Position numbers and translations under genes: made by a program. 64,000 nt of DNA from the NCBI GenBank assembly GCA_964019425.1, contig OZ025795.1, forward strand, positions 1,302,001-1,366,000. Direction: 5' to 3'. The DNA comes from Flectonema sp. DT1601. Taxonomy: Eukaryota. This document shows, piece by piece, positions 1-12,072 of this stretch. Each line of letters starts with the position of its first letter. Position 1 is the stretch's first letter. Under the pieces are notes generated by a model that worked only from the letters and a program-made list of their open reading frames with translations, was not told the origin of the DNA and searched no databases.

Positions 1-309
1 GATGAACGACTCTGTCGTCAAATATATTTAAAACATTGCTACTCAAAACATTCAAAGAAATCACAATCTCTTAAAGTAAAGGAAGCTTTAGAACATCAAA
101 GTGCACAACTATTCGATCAACATGTTAAAGAACAGTCAAAGATGAATCAATCTTCAATTCAAATGATAACTGAACAATTAGGAAACTTAAAACATCTTCA
201 GGTGTGTTATTGGTCTAAGAAATGAAACACCTCTCTCCCATTATAGTATTCAATATAGTAGACGAAGACAAGAAAACTCTTTGTACAACACATTCGGGGT
301 TCATCTATA

Positions 310-340
<31 letters not shown>

Positions 341-990
341 AGATTGCTGAGCATCACAGACAGCGTGTACGTAAAAAACATGCTCAGAATATGGCTGAGT
401 GTAGCGCTCGTACTGAGTTGCTGAACCAAAGTCAGAGAATAAGACAACAGGAAAATCAAATGAGAAATTCCCAACACATTATAATTTCTTCTGAAGGATA
501 TCATCGAAGCAAATTCATTCAGAAAGAATCACTTGAGAGAATTCGTTACAAAAAGCTACTGAGAAATACATTCAGCAGCGTCTGGTGTGATATAAAACCA
601 TTAAGAACATCAGAAGAACAAAACACTAGAAACACACTCAAAGCACTACAAGGAGCTCTAATTTCGAATTACAGTCAGCAACAAAGTGATCATCGAATTC
701 AAGAAAAGTCGATTAAAAATAATCAACGACAGCTTTTAATAAAAAAAAAAACAGATTCTAACAAACAGCAACGAGAACTTTTAAAAAAAGCTCTTCTTCA
801 AGTGAGCGAAGAACAATCCCGACCGGTGTACAAATCACGGAGGATGCAGTACATCACATCACTTAAACAACAACAAAACAAAGAACAAACGAATCTTAAT
901 TGGGAAGAGATTCTAAACTGCAATAATGAAAATAATTCTATTGAGGAATATAATGAACTTCTTAGAATGGAATTACCTTCTCCGAAATAA
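1..990 (+). CDS. 5'-partial hypothetical coiled-coil-rich protein; exons <1..201 and 343..990
   Basis: Frame 1 is open from base 1 to CAG|GTGTGT at 201. Acceptor AAAACAG| at 342 joins in phase (IAEHHRQRVRKKHAQN) to the 391..990 ORF. Confidence 0.6.
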
Positions 991-1166
991 GTAAACCACT
1001 TCTGTGGTTTTGTTATTTACACTTTTTTTTTTTTGGTATTGCCTGCTTCTTTAGTATTTATTTATTTTGATGTTTTAGATGTTACATTCTCACTCTCATT
1101 TCAGATAGGAAGCCATAGCAGAGATCTGGTCCGAAGGTGTTTTGGCATTAATAAAAAAAAAAAAAA

Positions 1167-1976
1167 ATGTCGTTTGCTATGCATCTTGAGAACAGAGGTC
1201 TACATGGAGCTCTTTTTGCAGCGATCTTATCTCTGTATGCTTTGAGGAAGGGTTCCTTAACTGTAACGGGTAGCATGGCAGCATGGGTTGTCGGGTTTTG
1301 TACGTATTTAGCAAGTGGTTGGCATGTAGCTGTATTGCTGATGTTTTTCTTTGGAGGTACGAAATTGACTAAAGTTGGTCCGGAAATGAAGGCTTTGCGT
1401 GAGGAAAACTACGCTAGTCACGGAGGAAGAGATCACTACCAAGTTCTTGCTAACGGTGGTTTGGGAACTGTGTTGAGTTTACTTTGGATAAACGACAAGT
1501 CAAACTCATGTTTACTAACGGCATTCTTAATCCAATACGCGGTAGTCGCAGGAGATACCTTCGCATCTGAAATAGGAATTCTAAATACGAGTAAGCCCAG
1601 ATTGATATTTGGCTTCAAAGAAGTCCCTCACGGTACTAACGGTGGAGTAACACTTCTTGGTACTGCTGCGAGTATTGTTGGAGGGTTTTCAATTGGAGCG
1701 ATAAGTCTAACTATACTTCCACCTGGACAACTATCAGTTCACCCGATCGTGTTGGGAGCTGTTGGTGGGTTTATTGGTTCTATTGTTGATAGTCTTCTTG
1801 GTCAGTTTTTAGAGTACTCTGGTTCTACTCCATCAGGAGTCGTAACAAATAATCCAACTTCTAAAGGATCTGTTCGTATTCCTGGAACTTGGTTAACAAT
1901 TCTAAATGGCAATCATGTTAACTTCCTCGCTTCTGTAATCACCACATCGTGTCTTACTTACATAACATGTGTGTAG
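1167..1976 (+). CDS. TMEM19: TMEM19 / DUF92 family membrane protein
   Basis: Motifs GGRDHYQVLANGG, GDTFASEIG, VPHGTNGGVTLLG, GSIVDSLLG, LNGNHVNF; several hydrophobic segments. Confidence 0.9.
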   Translation: MSFAMHLENRGLHGALFAAILSLYALRKGSLTVTGSMAAWVVGFCTYLASGWHVAVLLMFFFGGTKLTKVGPEMKALREENYASHGGRDHYQVLANGGLGTVLSLLWINDKSNSCLLTAFLIQYAVVAGDTFASEIGILNTSKPRLIFGFKEVPHGTNGGVTLLGTAASIVGGFSIGAISLTILPPGQLSVHPIVLGAVGGFIGSIVDSLLGQFLEYSGSTPSGVVTNNPTSKGSVRIPGTWLTILNGNHVNFLASVITTSCLTYITCV

Positions 1977-2292
1977 CTCTTATTTGAGATGTTTTTTTAT
2001 TTTTGCATCGAAGTATCGTCTCTCTCCATAGGACGTTTGTGATTTTATCGATACAAATATTGTTGGGTCTTTTTATATTTGACCGAATTTTAATTTAATT
2101 TTAACCAGTTTTCAAGTTGCTTTTATGTTTAATTAAAGTACCAAAGTTAACCCCATAAAGGGATTGGTATCCTTTTACCTGGTGTAGGCTTCATTCTACA
2201 GAGCGTGATACAATTAATTTATTGTTTTTACAGAGGGATTCCGTTGCATTTTTTTTAAAAAAAAACAACAAAAAAAAAAAAATAAAGAAAAA

Positions 2293-3693
2293 ATGCATTC
2301 TCGATCCCCGATCAAGAGCCATTTATTTGCAAGCAGTGATCAACAAGAAGAAGAAGAAGTTGGAATTGTTGTGAACAGAGATGTCTTTAAAGTCAATGCT
2401 GGAAATTATTGTGGAGACAGGGCCGGAATGATAAATAAGATATTCGGGATAGAAAATAGAATTCTGTCACAACATGATGAGAGTACTTGTTCACTTGTTG
2501 ATGATGAAAATGTACCTTCAGCTACTACTCCCAGAACTCCGAGGGAACAAATTATTACCGATGACAACTCTCAATTATATGGTCTTACAGATAGTCCTCA
2601 AAGATATGCTCATTTTTATGAAAATTCACCGACTTTAACTACACCGCCACCGCCTCAACGGACTCCAGCAAAAGTTTTGTCAAGAAGGCCTTTAATTAAC
2701 CCTTCTAAGATTCTTGATGCTCCCTATATTCAACCCGGGTATAATCAATTGTTAGATTGGAATATAAAAGGTCTTTCCGTGGCGTTAGGGACGATTGTAT
2801 ACTTTTGGAATCCAGATGAAAAACGTGTTGAAGAAAGAACGATTGAAGTTTGTGACATGGAGTCTAACATCACTACGTTGAGGATGTTACCTCATAGTTG
2901 TGGTGTGTTATCAATTGGGTATAGTGAAACAATGAGTTTGGTTGATACAACGAGACCTGATGTCGTGAAACTTTTATTAAAAATGCCTTCTCAGGTAACA
3001 TGTCAATCTCACAGTGGTGGATCCATAGCAGTCGGATCATCTGAAGGGTCAATTAGTATTTATGATGTTAGGTCTGCTTCTCAATTCGACCTGTCGAATA
3101 CTACCTCATCAACTTCTATTAATTACCTTACTCATTCTCCTGATGGTTCAACTCTTGTAATCGGATCATCTGATGGTGATGTTAGTTTATATTGTATGAA
3201 ACAACAAAAAACACTTCAAAGTATTAAAACAGGAGGTCCTATAACTGGATTATCTTGGTGTAAACATCAACATACTACAGCTCTAGCAGTGTCAGGTGGT
3301 CAGCAAGGTAATTCTATTATGTTAGTAAATTTATTATGTGGACGAATTGCTACAAAACAACTATTAAGTTGTCCAGTGACTGGTATTATGTGGAATGGTG
3401 ATGAATTAATTAGTATTCATGGATCTGATTTGGAATTAGAAACTCCGTGTTTGGAAGTATCGCCAAATTCTGCAACGATGTGGAAACCAGCTTCTGGAGA
3501 ACTCAAACACGTATCATCCCTTGTTGGTCATCATAGCCCTATTAATCACATTGCTGCTTCACCTGATTTGTCTCATCCGCAATTAGTTACTGCTGGTCTT
3601 GATGAGCGACTCCGATTCTGGGAGTTAGATCCCCCAAATCTTCGAACAGCCAACACCCAAATCTCAATAGAATCGCTCTTACAGATTAGGTAA
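2293..3693 (+). CDS. CDC20/Fizzy-family WD40 APC/C activator (divergent)
   Basis: KILDAP followed by LLDW, WD40 repeats, TAGLDERLRFW and a C-terminal IR tail. Confidence 0.8.
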   Translation: MHSRSPIKSHLFASSDQQEEEEVGIVVNRDVFKVNAGNYCGDRAGMINKIFGIENRILSQHDESTCSLVDDENVPSATTPRTPREQIITDDNSQLYGLTDSPQRYAHFYENSPTLTTPPPPQRTPAKVLSRRPLINPSKILDAPYIQPGYNQLLDWNIKGLSVALGTIVYFWNPDEKRVEERTIEVCDMESNITTLRMLPHSCGVLSIGYSETMSLVDTTRPDVVKLLLKMPSQVTCQSHSGGSIAVGSSEGSISIYDVRSASQFDLSNTTSSTSINYLTHSPDGSTLVIGSSDGDVSLYCMKQQKTLQSIKTGGPITGLSWCKHQHTTALAVSGGQQGNSIMLVNLLCGRIATKQLLSCPVTGIMWNGDELISIHGSDLELETPCLEVSPNSATMWKPASGELKHVSSLVGHHSPINHIAASPDLSHPQLVTAGLDERLRFWELDPPNLRTANTQISIESLLQIR

Positions 3694-4443
3694 CTGTCAA
3701 CAGGGACTCGGGTCCCTTTTTTTATTTTTTTAATTACACGGAATAACCCAATCGGTTATTGAACTTTAAAGACAGCAAGTTGATTACTTGTGATGTTAAC
3801 TGTGCTTTTTACTGGAGTTTTTTCTTTTTTAGCTAAAACAAAAACAAAAAAAAGGGCATTAGGTCTCAGAAGAGCAACTGGGCATAGACGGGGTTTTTAG
3901 CCATGACCTTGGGGGGAAAAGCCCCATGATCTTGGGCGATGTTTTGGGCCCAAAATACTAACAGTGTCATTACAGTGTCATAACAGTGTCGTTTATTTCC
4001 GAAACCTTAGATTGAAATCTGACATTTCACAAATTTTTTGATGTGGAATTATAGTTTTTTCCCAAAAAAAAAAAAAAAAAAAGAAGAAATACAGGAGGAG
4101 ATTTTTTTTGCTCGGAAAAAAGTGAACTTTCCTTCCGAGGTACATGGGACCTCGTGGCCTAAAACTCTTCGCTATGCTCTGGGTTTTAGGTCGCCCTGTT
4201 CTAAGAAATGTACCTCAAGGGTGGTCAAAAGTTCACATTCTATATAAATAAAACGTGGTTTCTTTTTATCATCTTCACGAAATAGGTAAGCGTCAGTACC
4301 TTGTCGTTCTGAATTAAAACTCTTTGTTGTGCTATTTTTTTAAAAAAAGTTTTTTTTTTAATGTTTGTACTGTATTCTATCAAGTTTCTTTACTATGCTG
4401 TAATACTGTACTGTTAGCTGTTTTTGTTTTGTTATTCAGGGGT

Positions 4444-5296
4444 GTTGTTTTTTAGCGACATGTTCCCTTCCCTAGAAGTGTTACTGTTTGGGGGGGGTGA
4501 TCGCATTTCTGAAAACTTTTTTTTGCGTAGTGCGTAGCAGCTCCAGTTGTTTTTTAACGACATATTTAAAGTAAGTTTGCCGCATTGCTAATTACTAGAT
4601 AGCTGTTTTTGTATTTGTTGGGTGTCATTGTCTCGATTTCAAAGGATATGTCACTCTTGTTTCACCGGATTCCTTACTTCCTTTAACACTTTCTGAAACC
4701 TATTTTTATAAATAGGAGAAGGAATGTTTGTTGCTCTGTTTAGTTCGTAGTAACTCCTGTTGTTTTTTAACGACGTATTCGAAGGGGTTGCCTAGATAGT
4801 TAGTCTTAGGTTCTTTTCAGTTTCCCCCCCCTCTTTTCCTCTTTTTTTTTTTTTTCCTTCTTTTTTCCATTCCGATAGATTTCTGCTCATCTAAAATTGA
4901 CTGGAGCGGTAATGCGCTCTTACTTTCTTTGAGTTGTTTGGATGGGGGAAAAGGAAAAAAAAAAAAAAACATTGTTCAAAAGAGTGTTCGTACAGTTGTT
5001 TTTGAACGACTGTTTTTTTCGACAAAACAATAGTAAAACAAAGTGTTGAGCAAGAGTCCTTACACGTTCTCATCTCTTGGGACGTGTTTGTAGGTTGTTT
5101 TACATGCAGTTCTTATGTTGTTTAGAAAAGACTACGAAAACAGGATTCAGAGAGCCACTGTTGCTTCTCAAAGGAAATTCAAAAAAAAAAAAAGAAAAAA
5201 AAGTCGCTCAGCGGTTGTTTTTGAACGACTGCTCACCTACTGTTTTAATCGATATATAGCCCAAAAAGGTGGGAGTTTTTGTTGTTTTTGAACGAC
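4444..5296. repeat. six dispersed copies of the 16-bp quasi-palindrome GTTGTTTTTKARCGAC
   Basis: Copies start at 4444, 4546, 4759, 4995, 5214 and 5281. Confidence 0.7.
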
Positions 5297-7515
5297 TTTC
5301 CCACATCTGACATTCACATAAGGAGAGAGGGGCGTAAATGTGATTATTGCGTGCATTATTTATTTTTTCCTTTTTCTAAATGCACTTTTACGTATTGGGT
5401 GTACCACCTTTGAGTAGCTACAAGTGTTGTCAAAACTCAAATTACGTTCCGAAGAAAATTCTGGTTGTTTGTTAACAATCGTTTTTTATTAGTTTTTTCC
5501 ATTTAACGTTCCAAAGAGATGAGAACGTGTCATGTTTTTACTGCCTGTATCAAAGCATAATAAGGTACTGCTGCTCCCCGCGCATGCCTTCCATACTCAA
5601 TGTGAAACACTAAGCAGATGCATCTGTTTTTGTGGATATTGATTTGAATCTTTCTGGTGCCTTCCTTTTGTATTAAAGAATTCTGCGTACATCGTTTATC
5701 CGATTGGTTATTGTATTCTATTAGAATCCGCCAGTGTAGTAAAACTGTCTGAAAGTATATTTGGATGTTAATCAACGCTGGTGTTCATTTTTTATTGCGG
5801 AGTTTCTTCAACCGAATAAACTGTGTACTCGGTATTGACTTTTCATTTTGAATTTTTCTTTTCTATTCCCCCTTCTGCCTTCCCTCCTTTGCATAGTTCT
5901 GTTCCGTACATACGCGAACGAAATCGAAAAAAAAAAAAGAAAAAAAAAGCATGGATTTAGCAAAGAAAAGCAAAGCTGTTCCGTATTTTACACTACCTAG
6001 GGCGCTGTCTTTAGTGTTAGCCTCTGACTGTTTGAGTGCTTGTTAAGCAGGCATTTTATATTGTTATTGTTGGGGGTTTTAGTGAACGCATCTCTGTCTC
6101 TCTTTTTTAATTTTATTTTCCATTCTTCGTTTCCCTTTCGCGAAAAGGTACTTTAGATTTTTATTTTTATTTTTTGTTTCACATTAGTTATAAAAATAAC
6201 AAAGGAAAGAGGTGAAAGAAAAAGAAAAAAAAGAAAAAAAACCTCTGCTTCTTTGTGATTTCTTCCTCTCAAATCCTGCACACTCCTTAGAGTCACCAAC
6301 CCCATGCATTTCTCAATTTTTAGTTTTTTTATCTCATCGTCCTATGTTGCACCAGATTGGTGATGGCATTTCTTTTTTTTTTTTTTTTTGAAAATCTTTT
6401 TAAATATATTCCGTAATGATGGATACCTGTTTACATAGCATAACATAGTTCGCAGGGTTTTTTCAGTTAGATTTTTTTTTTTCTTTTTTCTTTTTATTGA
6501 TTCTTTTTTTCTTCTCTCCCTGTGCCTGGTTTATGGCATAATAAACTTAATATTAATAAAACATAATAAAAAAATACTCACCCCAAACTATAGAGCCTTT
6601 AAAACGCAATTTGTTGCTGCTGCGATTATTCCGATTCGCAAAGAGCTCTGTTGGAGGAAAATAATAAGGGGGGGGGTAAAAAAAAAAGAAGAATGGACAC
6701 TTCGTTAATACTTGTAATTTGGTTCGTGCACAAACGGGAACAAACCTGTGGTGTTAACGCTGAACGTTGCTCTCTCTTTCGCTCGTGACTGTGATCGGCC
6801 GAAGCTTGAGTAGCAGTTCGTTTTTTATTTATTTTTTTTTTTCTAAAATCTGTTGTGATGACCTGTACCTAGCTGGTATTGTGTTGTTGTGTTTCTGAGT
6901 TGTGGCGTCGACAACTATCGATGTCTTTTCCTTTTTTTTCTCTTTTTTTTTTTTCTCTTTTCCCTTTAAAAAAGAAGGGAAGAAAAAAAAAATAACAGAA
7001 ATTCTCACTTCTGCTTTCATAACACCCTCGTGTGGGTTTGAGTGGATCGTAAACAAGGTTTGAGTTTCTTATTTGTGAGAATATAACAGCTGCATGTAGT
7101 CTACTAGTACAAGCAACTCTCTTTTTATCAACTGACTACAACTAAGTAAGTGTGATAAAAACGACAAAATACAGGAAATAAATATAGGAAAAACCTGTAG
7201 GGAAAAAAATTACAAACATCTCCCACGGAGACAACATAAAATAAAAATAAAAATAAAAATAAAAATCCTTAGCGTTCATCCGCAAGTGCCTTTCAGTTAG
7301 AAACCACCGAGGAGTTTGTTACTTATTTCTGAAGCAATACTGTAAACTTATTTTTTATTTTTTTATTTTCCCCCTCCAATCAGTTCACAAGATGTGTTAA
7401 AAACGTGTTGAATGGATTCCAGTTGTACCTTACCACTCTGAATCAGAATTATGTCATGTTTCTTTTTTATTAGATATAGCCAAAAAAAAAGAAAAGAAAA
7501 ACAACAACAACAACA

Positions 7516-9000
7516 ATGTCGTGTACTCTGGCACTAACGTTGCTGACTGCCACATCAGGCAGTCAACGAATGTCTTCAAGAGGGAGATGGATTACTGATG
7601 AATACGACAGAGTTAGATTGTTTCATGGATTTAACGACATTCAACATGCAAAGGGAGGTGAATTCTTACCTGGAGCAATGAGAGTTAAATCAAATCTTGA
7701 AAAGATGCAAAGCGGAGGATTTAACGGGTTCAGAATGCCAATGATGTGGGCGGGTATCAATCTGGCTGAGAATGTATACAATCAGACTTACTTGACGACT
7801 ATGGAGGAAATATTAAACACGATGGGTGAGTATGATTTATACAGTTTCTTAGACATGCATCAAGACGTTCTATCATCGAGATGGCATTCATATGATGGGG
7901 CTCCTCTTTATGTTGTAAACAAGACAGTACCACGTCATCCCTACCCTTGGCCTTTAAAGGAACTTAAACACTGGGCTGCTGGATACCTAACTGAAGCTGT
8001 AGGACAATCATTTCAGGACATTTATAGGAATAAACACGGTGGTCTTGATGATTGGGGAAACACTTGGGTTGAAGTTGCAAAAAAATTCAACGGAAACAAA
8101 AACATCCTCGCGTATGAGTTGATGAATGAACCTTGGGCTGGGGATGTGTATGCTGATCCGCTATTGTTACTTCCTGGTGAGGCAGGAAAGAAAAATTTAC
8201 TACCTGCGTATGACAACATCGTATCTAAAATAAAACAACACGACATCGATACCATTATTATGTTTGAACCAGTTACTTGGGGAATGGTCATTCCATCTGA
8301 TAAAAAGGAAAACATCACAAAAATTATTTCGTCAGGGTTTGACAGAGTTCCAGGTGGTGAGCGATACGCTAATAAATCAATCTTTTCGTGGCATTACTAC
8401 TGTTGGATGTTATCATCTGATTATGCTAATACATCACAGCCATATCCTCCAATTGTTAAAGCAGAGTGCCATGACGGTTTAGAGCCTCTTGTCTTCTCAT
8501 CAGTCGTTAAGGATATTTCTAAAATCGGAGCATCGTCATTTTTAACAGAGTTTGGTGCACTTACTCCCTCAGCATCTAATCCAGATTCTGAGGGTTCAAA
8601 AGAAATTGCTGCGATTCTAGAAGCTGCTGATCAACATTTACAGTCATGGACGTATTGGGACATTGAGGGAATCGTTGGAAGGAGTGATTTGTTACTTATC
8701 GATGATCGTTTCACTCCTTTTATCAGGCCCTTCGCTTCAGCAACTGCCGGAACACCTATAAAAATGCACTACGATTTGTTAAAAAAAGTCTTTACTTTTT
8801 CATACAAAATTGATACGAATATAACTCAACCAACTGTCATTGTTGCTCCTTCTTTTTGCTTCCCTTCTGGTGTTGAAGTGGATGTATCACACACTGGTAT
8901 CACGTGGCAGACATGTGAAGCAACAAGCATCTGTTTGTCTGCTGACTCTACCGTGGCTCCTGGTACCACGATTGGTGTTTCCGTGCAGGGCAAACAATAA
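7516..9000 (+). CDS. endoglycoceramidase, glycoside hydrolase family 5, probably secreted
   Basis: Hydrophobic N-terminus; DEYDRVRLFHGFN, FLDMHQD, YELMNEP (acid/base Glu), FLTEFG (nucleophile Glu), QSWTYW; C-terminal RPFASATAGTP beta-sandwich. Confidence 0.88.
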   Translation: MSCTLALTLLTATSGSQRMSSRGRWITDEYDRVRLFHGFNDIQHAKGGEFLPGAMRVKSNLEKMQSGGFNGFRMPMMWAGINLAENVYNQTYLTTMEEILNTMGEYDLYSFLDMHQDVLSSRWHSYDGAPLYVVNKTVPRHPYPWPLKELKHWAAGYLTEAVGQSFQDIYRNKHGGLDDWGNTWVEVAKKFNGNKNILAYELMNEPWAGDVYADPLLLLPGEAGKKNLLPAYDNIVSKIKQHDIDTIIMFEPVTWGMVIPSDKKENITKIISSGFDRVPGGERYANKSIFSWHYYCWMLSSDYANTSQPYPPIVKAECHDGLEPLVFSSVVKDISKIGASSFLTEFGALTPSASNPDSEGSKEIAAILEAADQHLQSWTYWDIEGIVGRSDLLLIDDRFTPFIRPFASATAGTPIKMHYDLLKKVFTFSYKIDTNITQPTVIVAPSFCFPSGVEVDVSHTGITWQTCEATSICLSADSTVAPGTTIGVSVQGKQ

Positions 9001-9540
9001 GGGGGAAAAAAAAAATTGATCTTGTTGTTACGTTATGTAGGTAATAATTAGTCATGAAAACGTTGGGTGCTTTGTTGAAGTTATTCCCCATTTTTAGTTA
9101 TTTATTTATTTATTTTTGTTTTTTTTATTTTTTTCTCCCTCTACAATCTGATAAAATACATACAACTCGTAACAGGGACGTGGATATGATTTTGTTTGTA
9201 ATTCGAAACTTTCAATTTCTGTAAATTCCAACCGGCTCCTGTTTACAGTTTTCTCTCCATATCTCCGACTATCAAGAATGCGGTTCGCAGCCTCATTTTG
9301 ACGATAAATGATAATAATGTTGTTTTAAATTGCATTTTAGTCATTTAGTGAAAGTCATGATCCCCACGTTCTTCCACCCTACCTCTTTCTATTCTGTTTT
9401 TTTTTTTTTTTGAGACGGATGGCTTTTTCCCCTTGCGTGTGTCAATAATTTAGGGAAGTAGAGACGAAATTCATCTTTTCCAGCAGGGATGTGTGAGCAA
9501 ACAATAATCTTATGATTTTATTTTAATCTATCGGCTTCTA

Positions 9541-9940
9541 AGGGAAAATTTACACTTCGCAGTCCTGGCTGAGCGTGAAGTTTTTTCTTTACCGAATTTA
9601 ATTGCATGCGTTTGGATTAGGAACGTTGCGAGCGTGAAATAATGATAACATTATTTCACGCCTGGGCATGTTTTTACTTAGCACATGCGTCTCAGGCTAC
9701 TACCTCACAGTGTGATATGTATTAGTATGAGCGTGTCATCCCGATTCAAAGTTAATACCTCACCAGTGGTCGTCATCCCTAGTCGATACAGATACCCTTT
9801 TTACCCAAGATCTCGCATGGGCTCATTATAGGGACAAGAAAGCAGAGCTTCCCTGCGGCAGCAGAGTGCACCGAAGCTGCCAAGGATGCAGGAGGTACTC
9901 CTGGAGTGCCCCGTGGACCACCGGAGTGTAAATTTTCTCT
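9541..9940. mobile_element. candidate MITE bounded by inverted repeats
   Basis: AGGGAAAATTTACACTTCG (9541) versus the reverse complement of 9922-9940, AGAGAAAATTTACACTCCG (17/19 match). GC-richer interior, with internal palindrome GCGTGAAATAATG..CATTATTTCACGC. Confidence 0.45.
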
Positions 9941-10466
9941 TCGAATCCTATCTTAAAATAAAACGACGGTTTTAGATGCAAATCAGATAGCCTGATTTTC
10001 ATTAAATCAATAGTTATGAACAAGTCAACGAGTCTCTATTTCAGACTTGCACTGAATTCATGATGCAGTACCTCTCTCTTCGTTTGCTTGTCCTTTATTC
10101 TTACCCAAAAAAGAAAAGTTATCAGCAAGGGTTGTGTTTTTTATTCTCGTTCTCTGTGTCTGTAAGTTGAAACCGAAATATAATTATTTAGTGAACAATA
10201 AGCTGTTTGTTGATAGTAATTAAATTCGTACTGCAGGTTATCATAAATTATGTTTGGTAAAAAGCGATTGTTGCAGACAACTATCGTGGAACACGATTGC
10301 AAGATATGTATTGTCTTTTCCAAAACCTTCAAAAAGAAGAAATCCCATTGCAAGGTTCTTCATTTCTTGGGGATCTTAAAATAGATCATTGTACAGTAGT
10401 ATTGTTATCTCTTTGTGAGAATCTAATAACACCTTCTTCTCCTTCAGGAAACTACTCAAAACAACA

Positions 10467-12072
10467 ATGCAGGTTTTTGTGACGTGTCCGGATTTGGGAT
10501 TCCCCGCAGTGTCAGTCGCGACTGGTGTTGATTCCCTTGTGAGCGAAGTGTTGACGGCGGCAGCTGGGGAGTGGGATGTGGATCCGGAGGAAGTTGAACT
10601 GTCGTTCGCTGGTGACACGCTTTGCGAAAGTGAGCGACTAGCAGATCGTGGAGTGGTTGGAGAGAGCGAGTTGGAGATGTGGAAGAAGCGGTTTCGTATA
10701 TTTAGTAAATGCTGGTTTGTTGATGATTCAAAACGGGAGAAGCTGCTTCGTTGGCTAAGTGAACACAATGAGGAATACTTATGCCTTGACACCACAACAT
10801 TCACAGAGGATGGTTGCCTCAGTATTAAGGGTGATTTGCTTCCTTCTGATGCCGAACGGATTTCTTTCCGCAATTCAAATCCCGACATCTCAGCCATCTC
10901 ACAAGTTGTCACCATTGGAGATTTTTTCTTGTGTCACTGTTCACAAATCACTTCTGTTGATTTTTCAGGTCTTAGTAGTGTCACCACTATTGGAAATGCT
11001 TTCTTGTGTCACTGTTCACAAATCACTTCTCTTGATTTTTCAGGTCTTAGTAGTGTCACCACTATTGAAGGTTTTTTCTTGTATTCCTGCTCACAAATCA
11101 CTTCTCTTGATCTTTCAGGTCTTAGTAGTGTCACCACTATTGGAAATAGTTTCTTGTCTCATTGTTCACAAATCACTTCTCTTGACCTTTTACGTCTTAG
11201 TAGTGTCACCACTATTGGAGATTATTTCTTGTCTTCCTGCTCACAAATCACTTCTCTTGATCTTTCAGGTCTTAGTAGTGTCACCACTATTGGAAATAGT
11301 TTCTTGTCTCATTGTTCACAAATCACTTCTCTTGACCTTTTACGTCTTAGTAGTGTCACCACTATTGGAGATTATTTCTTGTCTTCCTGCTCACAAATCA
11401 CTTCTCTTGATCTTTCAGGTCTTAGTAGTGTCACCACTATTGGAAATAGTTTCTTGTCTCATTGTTCACAAATCACTTCTCTTGACCTTTTACGTCTTAG
11501 TAGTGTCACCACTATTGGAGATTATTTCTTGTCTTCCTGCTCACAAATCACTTCTCTTGATCTTTCAAGTCTTGGTAGTGTCACCACTATTGGACATAGT
11601 TTCTTATATCACTGTTCACAAATCACTTCTGTTGACCTCTCAGATCTTAGTAGTGTCACCACTATTGGAGATTATTTCTTGTCTTCCTGCTCGCAAATCA
11701 CTTCTCTTGATCTTTCAGGTTCTAAGTAGTGTCACCACTATTGGATTTCGTTTCTTATATCACTGTTCACAAATCACTTCTCTTGATCTTTCAGATCTTA
11801 GTAGTGTCACCACTATTGGACATAGTTTCTTGTCTCATTGTTCGCAAATCACTTCTGTTGACCTCTCAGGTCTAAGTAGCGTCACCACTATAGGAGATTA
11901 TTTCTTGTCTAAATGTACACAAATCACTTCTCTTGTTCTTTCTGGTCTTAGTAGTGTGATTAAAATAGGCGATAGGTTCCTTGCTAATAGCAATGCACTT
12001 GAATCTGTTCAGCTGCCTGTAAATAATGGCGCTCTCTTTGAGAAGTCAGTGGAAGCAGCGATTAATCATTAA
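10467..12072 (+). pseudogene. UBL-LRR gene copy 1: ubiquitin-like domain + 14 BspA/TpLRR-type 23-aa repeats + C-cap; one +1 frameshift near 11720
   Basis: MQVFV...LSFAGDTL...LADRGV ubiquitin-fold pattern; repeat ITSLDLSGLSSVTTIGxxFLxxCSQ. GGTTCTA at 11718-11724 versus GGTCTA/GGTCTT in other units (true mutation or assembly error). Confidence 0.8.
10898..11960 (+). repeat. 69-bp coding tandem array with a 138-bp higher-order unit repeated three times
   Basis: Units alternate AAT AGT..TCT CAT and GAT TAT..TCT TCC from about 11130 to 11560. Confidence 0.95.

Noticed and set aside
10898..11960. CRISPR array
   Set aside because: The repeats are contiguous in-frame 69-bp LRR units with no unique spacers, and there are no cas genes.
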